A DNA stretch of 41,619 nucleotides, from the NCBI GenBank assembly GCA_031381325.1, contig JANMXV010000010.1, positions 1-41,619 on the forward strand, read 5' to 3'. The position numbers and the translations under genes were made by a program. This document shows positions 8,750 to 16,365 of this stretch, one piece after another. Under the pieces are notes generated by a model that saw nothing but the letters and a program-made list of their open reading frames with translations, made no database searches and was not told the origin of the DNA. Position 1 is the first letter of the stretch; each line of letters opens with the position of its first letter. This DNA comes from Betaproteobacteria bacterium (GTDB lineage Bacteria; Pseudomonadota; Gammaproteobacteria; Burkholderiales; SG8-41).

Positions 8750-11700
8750 TGAGAATCCTGGCCGTAATTTTGCTGCTGTTTGCTGCTTCGATCGTCAGCT
8801 TGGCGAACTCACCTTCACCCTCTACGGAAGAGCCGGAAAGTAGCCCTGCTGCGCCAGAGAAGCAGACGCAGGCCGACGCCGATAGAAAATCGATGGGCTG
8901 CGTCACCTGTCATACCGCATCGGATCGTCACACGATGCATGCCAATCCGGCCGTAGTGCTTGGCTGTACCGATTGTCATGGCGGCAATGCAACGGTGGAA
9001 AAATTGGCTGGCTCAGAGTACGGTAGTAAGGACGAACAGGCCAACAAGGCCTATTTGGCTGCCATGAGCAAAGCGCACGTGATGCCGCGTTTTCCCATGG
9101 ACTGGAAAACACCCGCGTCGGCGAATCCAGAAGGTTCGTATACGCTGCTCAATCGCGAAAGCCCTGCGTTTGTACGATTCGTCAATCCGTCCGACTATCG
9201 AGTCGCGCGCGAGGCCTGCGGGGCCTGCCACCTTCCAGTGATTCAGGCTGCGGAGCGCAGCCTGATGTCGACCGGAGCGATGTTGTGGAACGGCGCCTCG
9301 TACAACAACGGAATTCTGGATGACAAACGGGGTGTGCTCGGCGAGGCCTATACCCGAACGGGCGAGCCGGCCACTATAAAGAATCCAGTCAAGCCGGACG
9401 ATTGGCTCACGCACAAGGGAATACTCCCGCAATTGTTCCCCTTGCCGGCTTGGGAAACGGTTCCGCCGGGAGACATATTTCGCGTGTTCGAGCGCGGTGG
9501 CCGGGTGATCAGCAGTCAGTTTCCGGAAGTGGGCCTGCCCAACAGCAGCGGCAAGCTGCAAGTGCTGGATGAACCAGGCCGCCCCGATATCAAGCAATCC
9601 AATCGCGGGCCTGGTACGGGCGGGCGTATTGCGGTTCCCGTCATCAACATTACCAAGACCCGCCTGAACGATCCGGTTATGTGGTTCCTCGGCACCAACG
9701 ACCAGCCGGGAGACTATCGTTCGTCGGGTTGCGCGGGGTGCCATGTAATCTATGCCAATGATCGCGATCCTGCGCGTTCCGGGCCCTATGCGAAATACGG
9801 TAACGACGGTAAAACGATCACTGCGGATCCGACCATACCGAAAGACAAACCCGGGCATCCGCTAAAACACGAATTCACGCGTTCAATACCGTCTTCGCAG
9901 TGCATGATCTGCCACATGCACCAACCGAATATATTCGTCAACAGTTTTTACGGCTTTACGATGTGGGACTACGAGTCCGATGCCCCCTCGATGTGGCCGG
10001 TAAAGCAACGCTATCCGACGGACGAGGAGCGCCGCAAAATATTGGAGCGCAATCCAGAGGCGGCGGCAGTGCGCGGGAAGTGGGGCGATGCGGAATTTCT
10101 GAAGGAGGTCTCCAAGCTCAACCCGACACTCAAGGATACGCAGTTTGCCGACTATCATGGTCACGGCTGGAATTTCCGCGCCATCTTCAAACGGGATCGC
10201 AAAGGCACCCTGCTCGATAAGGATGGCAATCCGGTGTCTGACAACGATCCGGACAAATTTAATCCGAAAAACCCGAAAAAGGCTGTGCATCTCACGTCGA
10301 TTCATCTGGACGTCGGCATGCATTGTTCAGATTGCCATTTCGCCCAGGACTCCCACGGCAACGGGCATATCTATGGCGAGGTGGCTGCTGCAATTGAAAT
10401 AGAGTGCGCGGATTGTCACGGAACGGCGGGGCGTTACCCGACGCTTTTCACCTCCGGCCCTGCCGCACGACCGGGCGGCACCGACATGAGCCTGATGCGC
10501 ACGCCCGACGGCCGGAAGCGCTTTGAGTGGAAAGACGGCAAGCTATTCCAGCGCTCCGTGATGTTTCCCGACAAGGAGTGGGAGATGTCGCTGGTGAAGG
10601 ATTCGGTAAATCCAAAGCATCCGCGCTACAACGCCAAATCCGCGCGCGCCAAGCTGGTTGCGAAAGGCGACTTTGATAACTACGCGCAACGCTGGGGACT
10701 CGGCGTCCCGGAGAACAATCGCGCGCATGGCGATGACAAGATGACTTGCCAGACTTGTCACACCTCATGGACCACCAGTTGCTCCGGATGTCACTTGCCC
10801 ATCGAGGCCAACGAAAAGACCGAACGCCACCATTATGAAGGCGGATTCACGCGCAATTACGCCACCTACAATCCGCAAGTGGTACGCGACGACATGTTCC
10901 ACCTTGGCCGTCATGGTCCGGTAAAGGGTGGCAAGATTACGCCGATACGTTCCTCCTCGGCGCTGGTGCTGTCTTCCACCAACGCCAATCGCGAGAAAAT
11001 TTACATTCAGCAGCCGCCCACCGCGGCGAGCGGATTCTCGAGCCAGGCATTTGCGCCGCATTATCCGCATACCGAGCGCAAAACCGAAACCAAGACCTGT
11101 TCCGATTGTCATGTATCTGCCGACAATGATAACAACGCCATCATGGGGCAATTGCTGTTGCACGGCACCGGCTATATCGGGCTGCTCGGTTACAACGCAT
11201 GGGTGGGCGAGGAAAAACATATTGAAGCGGTGCAGGTGACGGAGTGGGAGGAGCCGCAAGCCGTGATAGGCAGTTATCTTCACCGCTACGCCTACCCCGA
11301 CTGGTATGCCGCACATCTCAAAGTCAGTCGCAAGTTGTCTGAGGCGCACGATCATACGACTGCGGGACGCGCTGCCTGCTTGCAACTACGGGGTGAATAC
11401 CTTTATGTGGCGGAAGGGCCTGGCGGCATGCGCGTCTACGACGTTGCTTCGATTGCAAACAAGGGCGTATCCCAGCGCATCATTTCCGCACCGTTTTCGG
11501 CGCTTGGTCAAAATACGCATATCCCGAGCAAGAATGCGACCTGTGTCGTGTTGCCTACTACCCAGCCGATTGCGCCGCTAAAGAATCAGGGCGACAAGAT
11601 GCGTATCGTCAACCAGGAGCAGCCGTTTCACCCAATCTACAACTATGCATTGATTACGGATGCAGAGGAGGGGCTGATTTTGGTGGACGTGAATACGCTG

Positions 11701-12516
11701 CAAGATGGCGATCCGCGCAACAACTTTCTCAAGCGTGCGCTGACCTGGGATGGGAATGGGGTACTGAAAGGCGCACGGCACATTACGATGGGCGGCTCGT
11801 ATGTTTACATTACCGCGAACGCAGGGGTTGTTATCGTCAATCTCAAAAGTCCTCTCAAACCCGTGGTTGCGGCAGTGATTCCGCTCAAGGGTGCGCGCTC
11901 GACTGCGCTGCAGTTTCGTTATCTGGCTGTTACCGACGACACGGGATTTCGCATGATCAACGTCACTATCCCGGAGCGGGCAACACTCGTGGAGTCCGCA
12001 TTTGTGCCACTCGCCGACGCCAATCGCATTCACCTTGCGCGCACTTACGCTTACGTAGCCGCGGGCAAGGAAGGGCTCGTGATCGTCGATATCGAAAAAC
12101 CGGAAAAGCCGCGGGTCTACATGAAGTTCACGGCGGACGGCACGCTCAATGACGTGCGCGACGTGACTGTCGCTTCGACGAATGCGTCTGCTTTCGCCTA
12201 TGTTGCCGACGGCAGCAACGGACTCAAAGTTATCCAACTTACGGCGCCAGACACGCAGCCAAAATTTTATGGTTTTAGTCCCGATCCCAAACCACAGGTG
12301 ATTGCGTGGCGTAAAACACGAACGCCGGCGTTGTCGCTGTCGCGCTCACTCGAACGTGATCGCGGAGTCGATGAAACCGGCGGGCAAGTTGCCGTGTTTG
12401 GACGCATCGGCTCGCGGCCGCTTAATCTTGAGGAGCAACGCAAAATGTACCTCAAGCCCGATGGTACGCCATGGACAGTACGAGACAACCCTGAATCTCA
12501 TCAGGTAAAGCCATGA
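8749..12516 (+). CDS. Large secreted decaheme cytochrome c with a C-terminal LVIVD-repeat beta-propeller
   Basis: Sec signal; ten CxxCH (CVTCH, CTDCH, CGACH, CAGCH, CMICH, CSDCH, CADCH, CQTCH, CSGCH, CSDCH); about 7 LVIVD-type blades (YLYVAEGPGGMRVYDV, YAYVAAGKEGLVIVDI, FAYVADGSNGLKVI and others). TGATG coupling to the barrel gene. Confidence 0.88.
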   Translation: MRILAVILLLFAASIVSLANSPSPSTEEPESSPAAPEKQTQADADRKSMGCVTCHTASDRHTMHANPAVVLGCTDCHGGNATVEKLAGSEYGSKDEQANKAYLAAMSKAHVMPRFPMDWKTPASANPEGSYTLLNRESPAFVRFVNPSDYRVAREACGACHLPVIQAAERSLMSTGAMLWNGASYNNGILDDKRGVLGEAYTRTGEPATIKNPVKPDDWLTHKGILPQLFPLPAWETVPPGDIFRVFERGGRVISSQFPEVGLPNSSGKLQVLDEPGRPDIKQSNRGPGTGGRIAVPVINITKTRLNDPVMWFLGTNDQPGDYRSSGCAGCHVIYANDRDPARSGPYAKYGNDGKTITADPTIPKDKPGHPLKHEFTRSIPSSQCMICHMHQPNIFVNSFYGFTMWDYESDAPSMWPVKQRYPTDEERRKILERNPEAAAVRGKWGDAEFLKEVSKLNPTLKDTQFADYHGHGWNFRAIFKRDRKGTLLDKDGNPVSDNDPDKFNPKNPKKAVHLTSIHLDVGMHCSDCHFAQDSHGNGHIYGEVAAAIEIECADCHGTAGRYPTLFTSGPAARPGGTDMSLMRTPDGRKRFEWKDGKLFQRSVMFPDKEWEMSLVKDSVNPKHPRYNAKSARAKLVAKGDFDNYAQRWGLGVPENNRAHGDDKMTCQTCHTSWTTSCSGCHLPIEANEKTERHHYEGGFTRNYATYNPQVVRDDMFHLGRHGPVKGGKITPIRSSSALVLSSTNANREKIYIQQPPTAASGFSSQAFAPHYPHTERKTETKTCSDCHVSADNDNNAIMGQLLLHGTGYIGLLGYNAWVGEEKHIEAVQVTEWEEPQAVIGSYLHRYAYPDWYAAHLKVSRKLSEAHDHTTAGRAACLQLRGEYLYVAEGPGGMRVYDVASIANKGVSQRIISAPFSALGQNTHIPSKNATCVVLPTTQPIAPLKNQGDKMRIVNQEQPFHPIYNYALITDAEEGLILVDVNTLQDGDPRNNFLKRALTWDGNGVLKGARHITMGGSYVYITANAGVVIVNLKSPLKPVVAAVIPLKGARSTALQFRYLAVTDDTGFRMINVTIPERATLVESAFVPLADANRIHLARTYAYVAAGKEGLVIVDIEKPEKPRVYMKFTADGTLNDVRDVTVASTNASAFAYVADGSNGLKVIQLTAPDTQPKFYGFSPDPKPQVIAWRKTRTPALSLSRSLERDRGVDETGGQVAVFGRIGSRPLNLEEQRKMYLKPDGTPWTVRDNPESHQVKP

Positions 12517-13841
12517 CAACACTGTATAAATTGCTGATGATTGTTGCCATTGCCGGCCTGTTACAGGCCGCAGCCGCCCATAGCGCAGCGCTGTTGCCGC
12601 AGTACGCACACGACAAGACGCTCGGTGTAGGCAGTTGCGCCAGCAGCTTGTGTCACGGCGCCATAGAAACCTGGAGGGATTCCAATGTGTTGCAGAACGA
12701 ATATGTGACATGGTCACGCTCGGACAAGCACGCTCGGGCCTATGCGGTGCTGCTGAACGACAAGTCAAAAGAGATCGCAAAAAGACTGGCATTACCCAAG
12801 CCAGCGCATGAGAGCGACCTGTGCCTTGATTGCCATACGCACAATCCCAAACCGGCGCAGCGTACTCAAGGCTTCCAGATCGCCGACGGTGTTGCCTGCG
12901 AAGCATGCCACGGGCCTGCGGAGCGTTGGGTCCGGAGTCACGTCGAGACCGGCGTGACGCACGCGAACAACGTGGCGCGCGGCCTGTATCCGACCGATGA
13001 CGACGTGGCGCGCGCGCGCTTGTGTTTGTCTTGCCATTTGGGCACTAAGGACAAATTTGTTACCCACAAAATCATGGCGGCAGGGCACCCGCGCATGAGT
13101 TTTGAGCTGGATACGTTCACACAAATTGCGCCTGCACATTTCAGAATTGATGCAGATTGGCAGCGGCGTAAGGGCAACTGGAATGACGTGCGCGCTTGGG
13201 CAATCGGTCAAGCGGTTGCGGCTCAGGAACTGTTGGCACTCTTGCAAGGCCCGCGCGGGCGTGACGGACTTTTTCCTGAGCTGGTGCTGTTCGATTGCCA
13301 TTCATGCCATCACCCCATGGCCGACAAGCGTAATACAGCGGCGCGGGTCGGCGCGGGGCCGGGATTTGTTCGCCTGAACGACGCAAACCTGCTCATGTTG
13401 CGGCAGATAGTGCGCCGTGTGGTTCCGGCAGAAGCGGCGGCGTTCGCACAACAGGTCGCGCAACTGCACAAGGCCGTTGCCAGCGGTAGCGACGCCCTCG
13501 CGCAGGCGCGCGTTGTCGAACACCTGATTGCAGCAATGATTTCCAAAATTAGCGCCCATGGATTTTCCGGTGAAGATTTAAAGGCAATTATGCTTGGACT
13601 GATTGACGACGGCCTTGCCGGTCAATACAGTGACTATCAAGGCGCCGAACAGGCGGTAATGGCCGTGCAGAGCGTCGCCGACCTCATGGGCAGGCACAAG
13701 CTGTTGCGCACGCAGCCGCTAAAGCCCATGATTAAACGATTGCTGGCAGTGGTTTCCCAAGATGAGAAATATCAACCGGCTGCATTAAGCAAGGTCTTGC
13801 GTGAACTTAAGACGAGCGTCGAGACGGGGACGAACAAATGA
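12513..13841 (+). CDS. Periplasmic c554-family-like multiheme cytochrome c (5 heme motifs)
   Basis: Sec signal ending AHS-A; CASSLCH (CX4CH), CLDCH, GVACEACHGP, CLSCH, CHSCH; helical C-terminal half. Confidence 0.85.
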   Translation: MTTLYKLLMIVAIAGLLQAAAAHSAALLPQYAHDKTLGVGSCASSLCHGAIETWRDSNVLQNEYVTWSRSDKHARAYAVLLNDKSKEIAKRLALPKPAHESDLCLDCHTHNPKPAQRTQGFQIADGVACEACHGPAERWVRSHVETGVTHANNVARGLYPTDDDVARARLCLSCHLGTKDKFVTHKIMAAGHPRMSFELDTFTQIAPAHFRIDADWQRRKGNWNDVRAWAIGQAVAAQELLALLQGPRGRDGLFPELVLFDCHSCHHPMADKRNTAARVGAGPGFVRLNDANLLMLRQIVRRVVPAEAAAFAQQVAQLHKAVASGSDALAQARVVEHLIAAMISKISAHGFSGEDLKAIMLGLIDDGLAGQYSDYQGAEQAVMAVQSVADLMGRHKLLRTQPLKPMIKRLLAVVSQDEKYQPAALSKVLRELKTSVETGTNK

Positions 13842-16240
13842 GCGATAGCGTCCGTATAGCCATTATCGGATCAGGGCCGAGCGGCCTGTCCTGCGCAGCG
13901 CACGCGGCGGAACTCAATGTGCCGCACGTGTTGCTGGAGGCAGAGGAACATCCTTCGCATACCATATTCCGCTATCAGAAGGGCAAGCACGTGATGGCGG
14001 AGCCGGGGATTCTGCCGTTGCGCAGCCCCATAACGTTTGCGGCCGGAAAACGCGAAGCAATCCTCAACAAGTGGGATGAAGAGGTCGCGAAATACAAAGT
14101 TGATGTTCGATACCGTTCGGCGGTGACTTCAATCGCCGGCGCCAAAGGCGCTTTCGAGATCAAGACGGCCGCAGGGGATACCTACAACGCGGAACACGTG
14201 GTACTGTGCATCGGCTTGCAGGGCAATATCCGCAAGCTTGGTGTGCCCGGCGAAGACCTTGAGCGCGTGCAGTACCAGCTCGATGATCCGGACGAATACA
14301 ACGGCGAAGTGATTGTCGTGGTCGGCGCCGGGGATGCCGGCATCGAGAACGCGCTTGCGCTTGCCGAAAACAACCGCGTTATTCTGATCAACCGCGTGGA
14401 CGAATTCCCGCGTGTCAAACAGGGCAACATCGACCTGGTGACTGCTGCAATCCACGACGACAAGATGGAGTGCCGCTACAGCACCTCCGCGATCAAGGTG
14501 GAAGCCGTCGAAGCAGAAAGCAAGCCCTTGTTTTTCACCGCGCAGACGCCGCGGGGTGTCGAGAAGATCGCGTGTGATCGCGTCATCGCAAGGCTGGGCG
14601 CGATCCCACCCCGCAAGCTGGTTGAAAATTTTGGCGTGCAGTTTCCAAACCAGACCATGGAAGCGGTGCCGCAGGTGTCGGCAACCTATGAATCAAACGT
14701 GCCTGGTCTTCACGTCATTGGCGCACTGGGCGGCTACCCGCTCATCAAGCAGGCGATGAACCAGGGCTACGAGGTGGTGGAATACATACTCGGCAATGCA
14801 GTGGAACCCGCCGACGAATCCCTGTTGAAGGCCAAGTTCAAAAATTTCAAGCGTGCGAAAAATGTGTCTGAAGCGCTTGCGCTGGTGCAAGCCAATGTGC
14901 CGCTGTTCAAAGATCTGACCACGCTGCAGTTGCGCGAGTTCATGCTGGACAGCGAGGTGCTCGCACCCAGGAACGATGAAGTGATCTTCAAGAAAGATGA
15001 CTATACCAATTCGTTTTTCTCGGTCGTGGATGGCGAAGTTACGGTCGAAGTGCCCGGCGAGGACGGTAAGCGGCAGACCGTTACTCTCAAACGCGGCCAG
15101 TTTTTCGGGGAATTGGGTTTGCTGTCCGGACGGCGACGCTCGAACACGGTGCGCGCGGGCGCAAATTGCGTGCTGATTGAAACGCCGCGACGTTCGATGC
15201 TGAAGTTGCTCGCGAGCATCGAGTCGGTGCGGCGCCAGATCGACGAAACCTCTCTGCGCCGCGCGGTGCGTGTGCATATCGCGCCGTTCGTGTCGGAAGC
15301 AGACATGGACGAAATGCTCAAGGGCGCAACGATCAAGAGTTTTGCCGCGGGGCAGACGCTGTTCAAGGAAGGCGACGAGGCGGACGGATTGCATCTCATC
15401 CGCCGCGGCTCGGTTACCATTTCGCGCACGCTTGGGGGCAAGGAAGTCATAGTGGCATATATCGCGGCCGGCAACTATGTCGGCGAAATGGCGCTGTTGT
15501 CTTCCAATGACCGCCGCTCGGCAACGGTGCGCGCTGCGGTCAATTGCGAAACCATTCTGCTGTCGGCCAAGGCCTTCAATGAAGTGATCAGCCGCAATCC
15601 GGCACTGCGTAGCGGCATGCAGACACGCGTCCGGGAGCGGCTGTCAAAAGACGCGCAGCGCGAAGCGGAACCCGACAGCGGATCCGGGGGGCTGATCAAC
15701 TTCCTGATCGGGCAGGGGCTCGGCGAGAGCACGGACGTTTTGCTGATAGATGAGAGCCTATGCGTGCGCTGTGACAATTGCGAGAAAGCATGCGCCGATG
15801 TGCATGACGGGACGTCGCGTCTGGATCGCGAGGCGGGTCCGACCTTTGCAAACATACATATTCCGACTTCATGCCGGCACTGCGAGAATCCGCATTGCAT
15901 GAAAGATTGTCCGCCGGATGCGATTCACCGGAATCCCAGCGGCGAAGTTTTCATCAGCAACACCTGTATCGGCTGCGGCAACTGCGAACGCAATTGCCCG
16001 TACGGCGTGATTCAGATGTCGCAGGTGAATCCCAAGCGGCGCGCGCCCAGCCTTTTGGCATGGCTGACGACTGGATTTACCACCGAACCCGGACGTGAAG
16101 CGCACTACCACAATGAGGAAATGGGCAAGAAGGCGGTGAAGTGTGATATGTGTAAAGACTTGTCGGGCGGCCCGGCGTGCGTGCGCGCCTGTCCTACCGG
16201 CGCTGCAATTCGCATCAATCCCGAAAAATTTATTGCCTAG
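13838..16240 (+). CDS. TrxR/YpdA-like FAD/NAD(P)H oxidoreductase fused to two cNMP-binding domains and a DmsB/NrfC-like 4x[4Fe-4S] domain
   Basis: GSGPSG (FAD), GAGDAG (NAD(P)H), YESNVPGLHVIG; cNMP cassettes FFGELGLLSGRRRSNTV and YVGEMALLSSNDRRSATV; Cys motifs CVRCDNCEKAC, CRHCENPHCMKDCP, CIGCGNCERNCP, CDMC...PACVRACP. No signal peptide. Confidence 0.9.
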   Translation: MSDSVRIAIIGSGPSGLSCAAHAAELNVPHVLLEAEEHPSHTIFRYQKGKHVMAEPGILPLRSPITFAAGKREAILNKWDEEVAKYKVDVRYRSAVTSIAGAKGAFEIKTAAGDTYNAEHVVLCIGLQGNIRKLGVPGEDLERVQYQLDDPDEYNGEVIVVVGAGDAGIENALALAENNRVILINRVDEFPRVKQGNIDLVTAAIHDDKMECRYSTSAIKVEAVEAESKPLFFTAQTPRGVEKIACDRVIARLGAIPPRKLVENFGVQFPNQTMEAVPQVSATYESNVPGLHVIGALGGYPLIKQAMNQGYEVVEYILGNAVEPADESLLKAKFKNFKRAKNVSEALALVQANVPLFKDLTTLQLREFMLDSEVLAPRNDEVIFKKDDYTNSFFSVVDGEVTVEVPGEDGKRQTVTLKRGQFFGELGLLSGRRRSNTVRAGANCVLIETPRRSMLKLLASIESVRRQIDETSLRRAVRVHIAPFVSEADMDEMLKGATIKSFAAGQTLFKEGDEADGLHLIRRGSVTISRTLGGKEVIVAYIAAGNYVGEMALLSSNDRRSATVRAAVNCETILLSAKAFNEVISRNPALRSGMQTRVRERLSKDAQREAEPDSGSGGLINFLIGQGLGESTDVLLIDESLCVRCDNCEKACADVHDGTSRLDREAGPTFANIHIPTSCRHCENPHCMKDCPPDAIHRNPSGEVFISNTCIGCGNCERNCPYGVIQMSQVNPKRRAPSLLAWLTTGFTTEPGREAHYHNEEMGKKAVKCDMCKDLSGGPACVRACPTGAAIRINPEKFIA

Positions 16241-16282
16241 AGGGCATGCCTTAGCAGGGTTATTGGTCTAAAAGTTATTATA

Positions 16283-16295
16283 AATCAAATGCTTA
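16283..16295 (+). promoter_or_regulatory. IHF-consensus site upstream of the sensor kinase
   Basis: AATCAA-ATGC-TTA matches WATCAANNNNTTR exactly, within an AT-rich intergenic region. Confidence 0.45.
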
Positions 16296-16365
16296 CGTTC
16301 AACAGTGCAACTGAATATTCACCCTGTTCGTAGTGCCACGCAAAATAAATTAAACAGGGGACATC

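Noticed and set aside
6545-12516. Labelling the barrel and decahemes as mtrB/mtrA/mtrC
   Set aside because: Heme counts match, but spacing, size, FHA/LVIVD/SH3b fusions and gene order do not; I see no MtrA/MtrB-like sequence.
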